32,000 bases of DNA from Candidatus Kuenenia stuttgartensis. Its GTDB lineage: Bacteria > Planctomycetota > Brocadiia > Brocadiales > Brocadiaceae. Both the position numbers and the translations under genes were made by a program. Shown here one piece after another: positions 1-9,462 of the stretch (the first letter of the stretch is position 1; each line of letters opens with the position of its first letter). The stretch covers positions 750,001-782,000 of the forward strand of contig NZ_LT934425.1 in NCBI RefSeq assembly GCF_900232105.1, read 5' to 3'. A model generated the notes under the pieces. It was not told where the DNA came from, did no database searches, and saw nothing but the letters and a program-made list of their open reading frames with translations.

Positions 1-2
1 CG

Positions 3-1574
3 ACTACCGGTGGTTCATACAATACCGGCAGCGCAGGAAGTAATGTTTTCATTTCAAAAATAAATCCAACGTTAACTAGTCTTCTTGCTTCGACTTATTT
101 GGGCGGATCTTCAGAGGATAAAGTACGGTCTTTGCTTTTAGACCCGGAAGGGAATGTTTACGTAACTGGAGAAACGAATTCGTCCGATTTCCCAACAACT
201 GAAAATGCTTATGCAGGGTCGTTAAACGATTCATATGGAGATGTTTTTGTTTCCCGGCTTGACACCGATTTGACGAATCTTCTGGCTTCTACCTATTTAG
301 GCGGGACTTTTGGCGATTATAGCCGAGATATAGCAATTGCTGCAGAGGGAAATATTTATGTAACGGGTGATACAAATTCTGCTGATTTTCCTGCTTCAGC
401 GGGCGCTTATAAAACTTCATTGACCGGCAGCTCCAGAGATGTTTTTGTTTCAAAACTGAATAATGAACTAACCGGTCTTTTGGCCTCAACATTCATGGGA
501 GGTTCTTCCGGTGATTATAGCAGCGCCCTTGTTATCGATTCCAAAGGAAACGTTTTTATCGCAGGCACTACCGGCTCATCAGATTTCCCTGCTTCTTCAG
601 GCACGTATGATGCTGTCTTTAATGGTGGAGAACATGATGTTGATGGTTTCGTTTCAAAGTTTGATAAGGATCTGACGAGCCTTCTTGCTGCCACATACAT
701 TGGGGGATATTTTAATGACTATATAAGCGATATGGCAAGCGATTCTGAAGGCAATATTTATGTAACGGGTGGCACCCTTTCTTCGAATTTTCCAATAACT
801 ACAAAGGCATATGATACGACATACAATTTTGGCTCCGATGCCTTTGTATCGAAATTGAGCAATGATTTAAAAACACTTATTGCCTCAACCTTTTTGGGCA
901 GTTCGGGCTATCCTTCAGAAGGGTACGACTATAATTACGGATATGAGCATGCGAATGCCATCGTTATTGTTTCGGACGGAAAAATTTACGTAACCGGCAG
1001 TACGTATTCTTCAGATTTCCCTACCACAATAGGGTCTTATAACGCCTCATTTAATGGTGGAGGTGCAGATGCGTTCATTTCCAGTTTTGACAACAATCTG
1101 GAAGATCTGCTGGATTCCACCTATCTTGGCGGTTCCTCTGGCTATGATTGCGGCAAGGCATTGGCAACAGGGCCGGAGGGAGATATTTATGTTGCCGGAT
1201 TTACGAATGCTTCAAATTTCCCGGTTACCAGTGGGGTTCTTTATGCAAATTATAGCGGTAAGATAGACACCTTTATTTCACAACTGGATAGTGATCTATC
1301 TGCATTTTTGGGGAAAATATCGGGAAGTTTGAGCGATGAGAATAAAAACCCCGTTGAATCTGCTAAGATAGCACTGAAGGGAAAAACTACAAAAATTAAA
1401 AGGAAAACCTTTTCTGATGAAAATGGACTTTTCGAGTTTGGCAATTTAAAGGCGGATACGTATAATATTACAGCTACAAAGAATAGCTACAGGAAATACA
1501 AAACAAAGGTTGATCTGGAAGAGGGAGAAAAGAAGGAAATTAAGGCAGAGATGAAGAAAACAAAGACCCGATGA
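3..1574 (+). CDS. SBBP-type beta-propeller repeat protein with C-terminal carboxypeptidase-regulatory-like (CNA-B/Ig-like) domain; 5' truncated by window edge
   Basis: Repeated ~55-aa motif YVTGxTxSSDFPxxxxxYxxxxxGxxDxFVSKLxxxLxxLLASTYLGG; C-terminal GKISGSLSDENKNPVESAKIALKGKTTK...FSDENGLFEFGNLKADTYNITATK. The supplied start at 99 is an internal TTG; the same frame is open from position 3 and encodes another repeat (TTGGSYNTGSAGSNVFISKINPTLTSLLASTYLGG). Confidence 0.9.
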   Translation, partial: TTGGSYNTGSAGSNVFISKINPTLTSLLASTYLGGSSEDKVRSLLLDPEGNVYVTGETNSSDFPTTENAYAGSLNDSYGDVFVSRLDTDLTNLLASTYLGGTFGDYSRDIAIAAEGNIYVTGDTNSADFPASAGAYKTSLTGSSRDVFVSKLNNELTGLLASTFMGGSSGDYSSALVIDSKGNVFIAGTTGSSDFPASSGTYDAVFNGGEHDVDGFVSKFDKDLTSLLAATYIGGYFNDYISDMASDSEGNIYVTGGTLSSNFPITTKAYDTTYNFGSDAFVSKLSNDLKTLIASTFLGSSGYPSEGYDYNYGYEHANAIVIVSDGKIYVTGSTYSSDFPTTIGSYNASFNGGGADAFISSFDNNLEDLLDSTYLGGSSGYDCGKALATGPEGDIYVAGFTNASNFPVTSGVLYANYSGKIDTFISQLDSDLSAFLGKISGSLSDENKNPVESAKIALKGKTTKIKRKTFSDENGLFEFGNLKADTYNITATKNSYRKYKTKVDLEEGEKKEIKAEMKKTKTR

Positions 1575-1662
1575 ACAGCAAAAAAGAATCTTTTCGCGGT
1601 GGCTTAATTAATTACGTTAAAGCGGTGTTCCGCGAGGGATTAAAAAAGAGGTGAAACATAAG

Positions 1663-1740
<78 letters not shown>

Positions 1741-2203
1741 TCATATTGAAAATATTCGTTTTTTCAGGTTAATTGTAGTTCACATTATACGTTACATCTG
1801 TATAAATACAAGCAAAAACAGAATAAAAACGTACCCATCATTGCCTACATGCCTTCGCTAGCACCTTATCATACTTACTTTACATTTTTTGACAAAATAT
1901 TTAAATGTATGATGCTTCTAAGATATTATTTTACAAGAAGATAGCGCATGCATTCCGGCGTTTTAAGTAATAATGGTTAATTATTGCCCGCCAAAAAGCA
2001 AAAAACACCGAAAATCTTTTATTCTGTTTTCGATTAAATTTGCAAAAGAGTAGCATGGCATAAGTAATTACACCTCAATGTATTAAAAAAACAGTAAAAT
2101 ATTTTTTTACAAATGGAACAATATTTTGTGTTGCCTTGTTTTAAGATTGAGTTATAATCGTACCTTATTTTTTATTGTAATTTTGAAGGGGTAGGAGTAG
2201 TAG

Positions 2204-2461
2204 ATGAACATTCAGCAAAAAGAAAAGTCGAGAAAAAAATATAACGAAAGAAGCCTTTCTTTAAAAAACGTATTTATTGACAAGGCGGAGAGAAGTTGTT
2301 TAATGTGCGGTAAAAAATTCATTAGCCGCGGGCCGCACAACAGAAGATGTGCGAGGTGCAATCAAAAGATTGATCAGGCGGCAGAAAATACATTTTACAT
2401 GCCAACAGTGTACGGAAATGATGGCTCTGTAGGAGGCGAAACATACACGGTAGCTGAATAA
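2204..2461 (+). CDS. Small zinc-finger-like protein (hypothetical)
   Basis: 85 aa, CLMCGKKF...RRCARCN (two CxxC knuckles), upstream GGAG before ATG. Confidence 0.7.
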   Translation: MNIQQKEKSRKKYNERSLSLKNVFIDKAERSCLMCGKKFISRGPHNRRCARCNQKIDQAAENTFYMPTVYGNDGSVGGETYTVAE

Positions 2462-2481
2462 AGATTAATCCTGTTTTTTTG

Positions 2482-2525
2482 ACAAAAGGGCTATGCGATT
2501 ATTGAAAAGCATAGCCCTTTTGTCA
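2482..2525. terminator. Strong hairpin between convergent genes, probable bidirectional terminator
   Basis: Perfect 16-bp arms GACAAAAGGGCTATGC (2482-2497) and GCATAGCCCTTTTGTC (2510-2525), 12-nt loop, located between the ends of convergent ORFs 2204..2461 and 2551..3594. Confidence 0.8.
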
Positions 2526-2550
2526 TTTATCCGCGTTATTGTTACGCATG

Positions 2551-3594
2551 TTAAAGAGGTTTTATTGTTATAGAACCTTCTTCATTTATCCTGCCCGTTA
2601 TTGTAACACCAATAGGGATAAACTGTTTTGTAATTTCAATGTTCGTTAACAGATGTTTGGTAATTATGGACGTGGTAAAGGTTGTCTCTTCCTCCTTTAC
2701 CAGGGCAAGTGGCACAATAAGCTGATCGGCCAGGTATTCATCGAATACGCCTTTAGTTTTTAAAAAATTGTTTAGTTTGTTACACGCCTCTTCTGCTACC
2801 GTTTCAGCGCGTTTGCCAATTTCACCCAAGCTAAAATAACAACATTGGCTATATTCAAATTCCCCAATGAGAAGCAACAGGGTGCCCTTGCCGATTGCAG
2901 GCATTTCAAATAAGGCTATTTCATGTGGTATGTTTTGTACTGAAAACTGTTTCTGAGCCTCCATTTGTTGTCTTTTTGCGATGTTTGTGTCCAGATTGCT
3001 TACTACAGAGAGACCTTTAATCCGGAGAAGACGCCCCCTATCCTTTATTCGTATGGCGTGCTGTGTATGTGACGGACTTATTTTCATTACAACTTCGCCT
3101 CCGCCACGTGGATAAAAGCCGGCTCTCGTCGTTTGCATTTCAGCATCATATCCCATTTTTCTCAGGAAAAACAACCATTGCCGCTCAAGATAATCCGTAC
3201 AAGGACTATGGCTTACATGCGTACCGCCGGTAATGGTGATTGTGGATGGGCCTTCTGCGAAACTGAGTGGATAGAATATCGTTTGTAATACAAGGGCAAT
3301 TGAACCCGCAGTCCCGATATTGAAAGAATATGTTCCGTGCAGGATATTACCAGGATAAAATCTGATGGTTGTAGAGCGAAGGGTGTTCCCGGCTACCTCC
3401 GCATTGCAAATCCTGGCGGTAGCGTTTATTGCCTGTAAATGCTGATGGCTGATTCCGGGTGTTTTTCTGTTGGCTCTGATGCTATGTATTTCAAAAGGCT
3501 TTTTAGTAATGGCTGACAGAGAAAGCGAAGTCCGCAGTATTTGCCCCCCGCCTTCCCCAAAAGAACCATCAATTTTGATAATATCATCGGCCAT
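2551..3594 (-). CDS. rtcA: RNA 3'-terminal phosphate cyclase
   Basis: 347 aa; [68 protein letters not shown] are characteristic of the RtcA family. Confidence 0.95.
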   Translation of the reverse strand: MADDIIKIDGSFGEGGGQILRTSLSLSAITKKPFEIHSIRANRKTPGISHQHLQAINATARICNAEVAGNTLRSTTIRFYPGNILHGTYSFNIGTAGSIALVLQTIFYPLSFAEGPSTITITGGTHVSHSPCTDYLERQWLFFLRKMGYDAEMQTTRAGFYPRGGGEVVMKISPSHTQHAIRIKDRGRLLRIKGLSVVSNLDTNIAKRQQMEAQKQFSVQNIPHEIALFEMPAIGKGTLLLLIGEFEYSQCCYFSLGEIGKRAETVAEEACNKLNNFLKTKGVFDEYLADQLIVPLALVKEEETTFTTSIITKHLLTNIEITKQFIPIGVTITGRINEEGSITIKPL

Positions 3595-3600
3595 AGTTGA

Positions 3601-3636
3601 AAGAAAAAGGGCAGAACATGAGAATGCCCTGCCCTT
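3601..3636 (-). terminator. Probable intrinsic terminator or leader hairpin between the cytochrome gene and rtcA
   Basis: On minus strand: AAGGGCAG-(14 nt)-CTGCCCTTTTTCTT, 8-bp perfect stem followed by a T-rich tract. Confidence 0.55.
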
Positions 3637-3674
3637 GCCATTTTGATTTTTATTATTACATTTTGTGTAAAGGC

Positions 3675-4019
3675 CTATTTGCTAAATCCACGTACAATCT
3701 GAACGAGTTCGTCAAGGTGTGAGAGATCGACCCCAAGGTCTCCGAGCGGCACGTAATTTGGATTTTTGGTTCCCTTTGTCATAGATTCTTTCATATCTTC
3801 GTCGGTTCTTGACCTCTGGTAGTCAGGGTCGCTGAAATCAGGCACTCCAAATTGTTTTCCAGCTTCAGAGCCTTTTCCATCAGAGCCGTGGCATAATTCG
3901 CAGGTATCTTTATAAATTAGTTTAACGTCATTTGCAGATGCAGTGAAGCTTGGTTGTACAAAATAGAGACTAAAAATTGCTGTTGCAGGAATAACACAAT
4001 AACTAAAAAGTTTTTTCAA
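3675..4019 (-). CDS. Small secreted c-type cytochrome (single CxxCH heme site)
   Basis: CELCHGSDGKGSEAGKQFGVPDF motif. The supplied ORF starts at 4139, but a TTG at 4019 sits 7 nt after GGAGGG and gives a clean signal peptide MKKLFSYCVIPATAIFSLYFVQPSFTASA. Confidence 0.85.
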   Translation of the reverse strand: MKKLFSYCVIPATAIFSLYFVQPSFTASANDVKLIYKDTCELCHGSDGKGSEAGKQFGVPDFSDPDYQRSRTDEDMKESMTKGTKNPNYVPLGDLGVDLSHLDELVQIVRGFSK

Positions 4020-4443
4020 CGGTAAGCCCTCCAATAAATAAAATGTTAATGTATTGTTATTAAGATTTTTCATAAGGCACGTTTCGCTTTTGATATTATC
4101 GCGAAAAGTCTTTTTCTTAAAAACATCACCCCCAATCAAGAATTATGATTAATAGGTATTATCAAATAAAATACCGGAATAAAGACCCTCTTTCGGCGCA
4201 AAATATCCTCCTTACACACGGTACTCTTTAACTTTAATAAAAAAATTATTCAAAATGTATTCTGTGAAAATACTGATTTATATCAGGCCGAAGTCGCAAG
4301 CAAAAATCGTAACATCCACTCCATAAGGTGTCAAGTACTTTCCGGCGTAAGCGAATATTTGCAAAATACATGTTCACATGCAAATACAATTATTATATAA
4401 TCACATTTTTATGTTTGCAAAATAGGTCTGATTTACAACATCA

Positions 4444-4580
4444 CAGCGACATTTTTATTTCAGATGTTGCAACGATTTCTTGGTAGATATATGTTTCATA
4501 ACCTGCCTATGAAAGAAATAACCCTGACAGGGTTAATGCCCTGCCGACTTTGTGCAGGACTTAATAATAAAATGTCGCTG
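4444..4580. repeat. Nested inverted-repeat element with TAACCCTGACAGGGTTA core
   Basis: Outer arms start cagcgacatttt (4444-4455) and end aaaatgtcgctg (4569-4580); inner palindrome TAACCCTG-A-CAGGGTTA at 4519-4535; small hairpin CCTGC...GCAGG at 4540-4558. Confidence 0.6.
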
Positions 4581-4708
4581 TAGTGATAACGAAGGAACAA
4601 ATCAGGGGACAATTTTTGTTTATTTACACTGATTTATAATCAAAATAAATTCTCGCTAATTTACTTTATATCTTATAAACGAAAGATGAATTTGCTATGG
4701 AGGAATAA

Positions 4709-5698
4709 ATGGATTCTGGTGTTAGAAGTATTACAGAAAGGGTAAAGGCGGAAAGTGATTTAATAAATACCCTTCTGTACGAGGTAGGTAAGGTAATTGT
4801 AGGACAAAAATACCTGATCGAGAGATTATTAATCGGGATGCTTTCCAACGGACATGTTTTATTAGAGGGTGTTCCCGGATTGGCAAAGACAATGTCCATT
4901 ATGACACTCGCAAAAGCAATGCATGCCTCCTTTCAAAGGATACAATTTACCCCTGATTTACTGCCTGCGGATTTGCTTGGCACGCTTATTTACAATCCCA
5001 AGAGCGGTGAATTTACCGTTCGCAAGGGACCGGTTTTTACGAATATCGTGCTGGCGGATGAGATAAACCGCGCTCCGGCGAAGGTGCAAAGCGCACTTTT
5101 AGAGGCCATGCAGGATCGGGAGGTTACCATTGGCGATGAGACGTTTAAACTGGAGGAACCGTTTCTGGTATTGGCAACTCAGAACCCAATTGAGCACGAA
5201 GGCACGTATCCGCTGCCGGAAGCACAGTTGGACCGTTTTATGCTGAAATTGAATATTACGTATCCTGACAAAAAAGAGGAACGTGAAATATTAGAGCGTA
5301 TGGCTACCACCAAAAGCGATATTAAGGTAAATCCGGTAATTTCTCCGAACGATATCTTACGGTTACGCACGGTGGTGGACGGGATTTACATCGACGACAA
5401 GATTAAAGATTATATTATAGATATTGTCTTTGCCTCCAGAGAACCGAAGACGTATAACCTGGATTTGGATCAATTCATTGAATATGGAGCGTCTCCGCGT
5501 GCAACAATAAATCTGACATTAGCGGCAAAGGCGCACGCGTTTCTCAAGGGTAGGGGATTTGTCACTCCTCAGGACGTAAAATCTATAGGAATGGACGTCC
5601 TCCGGCATAGAATAATCATAACATATGAAGCAGAGGCAGAAGAAATACGGCCGGAAGATATTATTAATAAAATTTTTGATAACGTGGAAGTTCCTTAA
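4709..5698 (+). CDS. MoxR-family AAA+ ATPase
   Basis: 329 aa; GHVLLEGVPGLAKTM Walker A, NIVLADEINRAPAKVQSALLEAMQ Walker B region, LATQNPIEHEGTYPLPEAQLDRFM. Confidence 0.95.
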   Translation: MDSGVRSITERVKAESDLINTLLYEVGKVIVGQKYLIERLLIGMLSNGHVLLEGVPGLAKTMSIMTLAKAMHASFQRIQFTPDLLPADLLGTLIYNPKSGEFTVRKGPVFTNIVLADEINRAPAKVQSALLEAMQDREVTIGDETFKLEEPFLVLATQNPIEHEGTYPLPEAQLDRFMLKLNITYPDKKEEREILERMATTKSDIKVNPVISPNDILRLRTVVDGIYIDDKIKDYIIDIVFASREPKTYNLDLDQFIEYGASPRATINLTLAAKAHAFLKGRGFVTPQDVKSIGMDVLRHRIIITYEAEAEEIRPEDIINKIFDNVEVP

Positions 5699-5707
5699 TT
5701 AACAGAC

Positions 5708-6589
5708 ATGATTTCAGCAGATGTTTTAAAACAAATTCGTCAGATCCAGATTCACACAAGCCGCCTTGTCAATGAAGCGTTAGTGGGCGAGTACCACAGT
5801 ATTTTCAAAGGAGTTGGTATTGAATTCGAGGAGGTGCGCGAATATCAGCCCGGAGATGAAATACGGATGATTGACTGGAATGTGACGGCACGCATGGGAC
5901 GCCCCTTTATTAAACGCTTTGTTGAGGAACGGGAATTAACCGTAATGCTTCTGGTGGATGTAAGCGCGTCAGAAAATTTCGGCTCGGTAAAATATTTAAA
6001 AAATAAAGTGGCAATAGAAATATGCTCTCTCCTTGCCTTTTCTGCAATTAAAAACAATGATAAAGTGGGTGTTATTATGTTTACGGATAAAATCGAGAAA
6101 TTCATACCTCCGAAAAAAGGGGCAAAACACGTCTTCAAAGTTATTCGGGAACTTTTGTGTTCAAAGCCGTCGGGAAAAGGCACGAACATCGCCATGGCGC
6201 TGGACTACTTAAATAAGATTGCTTCCCGAAAGACGATTACCTTTATCGTGTCTGACTTCATTGCGGAAGAAAATGCTTATGCGCGTTCATTAAGAACCGC
6301 AAATAAGAAACATGATGTGATCGCGGTTAATATTATTGATCCGAGAGAACAGAAATTGCCCAATGTAGGTTTTATCGAATTAGAGGATGCGGAATCAGGC
6401 GAGAGAATAATAACAGATACCTCGAATTCAAGTGCAAGAAAAGAGTATAGCATGATGGCCCTACGGCAAAAAGAAGAACGGTCTCAATTATTTCGTTCAA
6501 CAGGTGTTGATGAAGTTGTCGTTAATACTCAAAAAAATTACGTAGAACCCATAATTCGTTTTTTCAGAATAAGAGAGAAGAGGATTTAA
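5708..6589 (+). CDS. DUF58 domain protein
   Basis: 293 aa; GIEFEEVREYQPGDEIRMIDWNVTARMGRPFIKRFVEERELTVMLLVDVSAS. Confidence 0.93.
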   Translation: MISADVLKQIRQIQIHTSRLVNEALVGEYHSIFKGVGIEFEEVREYQPGDEIRMIDWNVTARMGRPFIKRFVEERELTVMLLVDVSASENFGSVKYLKNKVAIEICSLLAFSAIKNNDKVGVIMFTDKIEKFIPPKKGAKHVFKVIRELLCSKPSGKGTNIAMALDYLNKIASRKTITFIVSDFIAEENAYARSLRTANKKHDVIAVNIIDPREQKLPNVGFIELEDAESGERIITDTSNSSARKEYSMMALRQKEERSQLFRSTGVDEVVVNTQKNYVEPIIRFFRIREKRI

Positions 6590-6611
6590 AATCTTTTCAC
6601 ATGGTAGTTAT

Positions 6612-7640
6612 ATGCCCAACATAAAGCGCTTTATGCCCCTTTATAGACTATTTATAGTACTAATGGCAGCAGTATATACCTTACTTTCCTGGAGCGCAAT
6701 CCAGGCAAGCGAATCGGGCGACCTTAATAACGTACCGATTGAGGTTGCAGCGAGTGTTGAGAAAAGCGATGTGACGATTGGCGACAAAATAAACGTAATA
6801 ATTCAGGCAAAGAGTCCTGTTGGTGTAAATGTTACAATACCCGATCCCGGAGACCGTATCGGAGAATTTTTTGTAAAAGATGCGGGCGAGACAAAGGAAG
6901 CCGTCGGAGGAAAAGAGGGGGACAGGATTGTTGAACGCCGCTATATTTTGCGTTCTTACAAAACCGGGCTGCAAATAATTCCGCCAATAAAAATAAAATA
7001 CCATGCAGAAGGTTACGGAGAGGGGGAAGTTGCTACAAATGAACTTGAAATAAACATCAAAGGCATGATAAAAGAAGGTGAAGAGATCACTGACATTCGT
7101 GACATTGCCCCTCCTCTCGGCATTGACACAAACTATGCGCGTTTACTACAATGGATTTTTGCAGGAGTTGCGGCAATTGCCCTGTTCATGCTCGCCTACC
7201 GGATATTGAAAAAGCAAAAGGGCGGAAAGCGTGTTCAAACAAGAGTAGCAGCAAAGAAGCTGCCACATGAGACAGCTTATGAATTGCTTGAGATATTATT
7301 AAAAGAAGACCTTGTCGGGAAAGGTCTGGTAAAAGAATATTATTACCGCATTACCAATATTTTGCGGCATTATATAGAAGACCGGTTTGGATTGTCCGCC
7401 CCCGAACGTACTACGGAAGAATTCCTGGTTGAAATGGCATATACAAATAAATTAAATACCGCTCATAAAAAATATATTCAGGAATTTCTTGAGAAATGTG
7501 ACTGTGTAAAATATGCAAAATACGGCCCTTCTTTATTGGAAAGTCAGGAAACATACCATCTTGCAAGGCGGTTGGTAGACGAAACAAAGAGCGAAGGGGA
7601 AGGGAAAAAAGAAGAGGCCGTGATTGTTGATGCGAAATGA
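6612..7640 (+). CDS. Membrane-anchored BatD/DUF4381-like protein
   Basis: 342 aa; N-terminal signal, beta-rich ectodomain, TM LLQWIFAGVAAIALFMLAYRIL, cytoplasmic DUF4381-like tail LKEYYYRITNILRHYIEDRFGLSAPERTTEEFL. Confidence 0.75.
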   Translation: MPNIKRFMPLYRLFIVLMAAVYTLLSWSAIQASESGDLNNVPIEVAASVEKSDVTIGDKINVIIQAKSPVGVNVTIPDPGDRIGEFFVKDAGETKEAVGGKEGDRIVERRYILRSYKTGLQIIPPIKIKYHAEGYGEGEVATNELEINIKGMIKEGEEITDIRDIAPPLGIDTNYARLLQWIFAGVAAIALFMLAYRILKKQKGGKRVQTRVAAKKLPHETAYELLEILLKEDLVGKGLVKEYYYRITNILRHYIEDRFGLSAPERTTEEFLVEMAYTNKLNTAHKKYIQEFLEKCDCVKYAKYGPSLLESQETYHLARRLVDETKSEGEGKKEEAVIVDAK

Positions 7641-7704
7641 TAATAGCAGATGTGTCGTTAATTACTGTTTTGTATCGCGTTAACCTTTTTAAAAAGGATG
7701 AAAA

Positions 7705-8220
7705 ATGGTAAAAGCGCCGGAAAAATTTATGGAAACATATTTAAGTCGTGAAAAAGAGCTTAGTGGTAAAAAGGAAAGGAGACCTTCCCGTGAGCATGCA
7801 GCGGTATTCTCCCCGGAAAAAACGAACAGACTTAAAAGGAATATGCAAATAATCTGGGGAATTTATGGCACTCCGGAAATTAAGGAAATCCTGGCAAAAA
7901 AAGAGAGGATTCATTTTTTAGATTTGAAAAATGCCAGGGCTTGCCTGAATCTTTACTATGTAAACAGAGGGGTACTGGCTGAATACGAAGTAGATATGGG
8001 AGACCAAAGAGATCTTGCCGGCGCCAGGATATACAAGCAATCGGAAACGCTTATTAGTAGGTATTTCTATACGGAAAAGGGAGCGGAAGAACTATTGAAG
8101 TCAACAAATGAGGCGTACCAGGCTTTTGTCGATGCTCTTTCGGCAAATGATATAGAAGAAAATGCCCTATGGGATGCAATTGCAAAGCAAGAAAGCATTA
8201 AACTATCGCCGGGATATTAA
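7705..8220 (+). CDS. Hypothetical protein inside the bat cluster
   Basis: 171-aa ORF between the DUF4381-like and VWA genes, same strand; no family recognised by eye. Confidence 0.7.
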   Translation: MVKAPEKFMETYLSREKELSGKKERRPSREHAAVFSPEKTNRLKRNMQIIWGIYGTPEIKEILAKKERIHFLDLKNARACLNLYYVNRGVLAEYEVDMGDQRDLAGARIYKQSETLISRYFYTEKGAEELLKSTNEAYQAFVDALSANDIEENALWDAIAKQESIKLSPGY

Positions 8221-8397
8221 AAACCTTCATGCATGCTGCTAAATCCTCTCTATCGAGAGGGGCCTGGGAGGGGTGTTATCTGTCCCGTTCCCAAACTCCA
8301 GCCTGAGAACGAGCATTTTTACATTTTCAAAAACCAAACTATTACCGTATATTTAATTTATATTATTAATACGTTTTTCCATGATATGTTGTTTTAA

Positions 8398-9393
8398 ATG
8401 ATTCTTCGAGACCCTTTATTACTACTGTTACTGGTTATTATTCCCTTTCTGTTGTATGTTTATTTCCGGCAAAAGGGAACACATCCGCTGATTTTTTCTT
8501 CAATAAGAAATCTAAAAAAATTAAAACCTTCACTTGCACAAAGGTATCGCCACATCATTGTTGTTTTACGCTCGCTGGCTATTGCATTATGTATTATTGC
8601 ATTAGCGCGTCCGCAGCAAGGCAATGAACAAACAAAGGTAAAGACAGAAGGGATAGACATTGTTCTCGCCGTGGACATTTCAGGAAGTATGCTGGCGGAA
8701 GATTTCGAGATGGACGGCAAACGCCAGAACCGTTTGTATGTGGTAAAGCAGGTGGTAAAGGATTTTATAAACAAACGCTCAACCGACCCTATCGGCCTGG
8801 TGGTATTTTCGGCTAATGCCTACACACAATGCCCTTTAACGCTCGACTATGGGATATTACTGCAGTTTTTGGAAAAAACAGAGATTGGGCTACTTGAAGA
8901 CGGCACAGCAATCGGCTCTGCGATTGCTTCCTCTGTAGACCGTTTGAGAAATACAAAAGCACAAAGCAAGGTGATTGTGCTTTTAACGGACGGCAGAAAT
9001 AATTCAGGGCAAATTGACCCTCTTACCGCAGCGGAACTTGCACAGGCATTTAATATTAAAATTTATACGATCGGGGCAGGGTCAAAGGGATTGGTCCCTT
9101 ATCCTGCAAGAGATTTATTTGGAAACAGGGTGATGAGACAGGTAAAGATAGATATTGATGATGAAAGCCTGGCGGAAATAGCAAATATTACCGGAGGCCG
9201 GTATTACCGGGCTACCGATACGGGGTCGCTCAAAGAAATTTACCAGCAAATAGATGCGCTCGAAAAAACAGAAACGGAAATAACCCATTACAAGGAATAC
9301 AAGGAATTGTTTCATTATTTTCTGCTTCCGGCATTTGGGTGTTTATTGATTGAATTGTGCCTGAAAAAAACAAAATTAAGGAAAATTCCTTAA
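8398..9393 (+). CDS. VWA-domain membrane protein (BatA-like)
   Basis: 331 aa; MIDAS motif DISGSM, N-terminal HPLIFSSIRNLKKL aerotolerance-type region, flanking TM segments. Confidence 0.9.
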   Translation: MILRDPLLLLLLVIIPFLLYVYFRQKGTHPLIFSSIRNLKKLKPSLAQRYRHIIVVLRSLAIALCIIALARPQQGNEQTKVKTEGIDIVLAVDISGSMLAEDFEMDGKRQNRLYVVKQVVKDFINKRSTDPIGLVVFSANAYTQCPLTLDYGILLQFLEKTEIGLLEDGTAIGSAIASSVDRLRNTKAQSKVIVLLTDGRNNSGQIDPLTAAELAQAFNIKIYTIGAGSKGLVPYPARDLFGNRVMRQVKIDIDDESLAEIANITGGRYYRATDTGSLKEIYQQIDALEKTETEITHYKEYKELFHYFLLPAFGCLLIELCLKKTKLRKIP

Positions 9394-9462
9394 TAACTGT
9401 GCCTGTTTTTACACATACTACAGAAAACAAAACTATTATATCGGGAATACAATTTACCACAT

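Noticed and set aside
99-1400. Possible CRISPR-like or tandem DNA repeat in the first 1.4 kb
   Set aside because: The periodicity is protein-level SBBP repeat coding with diverged DNA, not short direct repeats with unique spacers.
5179-5370. Antisense ORFs overlapping conserved genes (e.g. 5179..5370, 5845..6195, 10839..11096, 12668..13024, 26255..26470)
   Set aside because: They lie opposite strongly recognisable coding sequences and have no supporting motifs or start sites.
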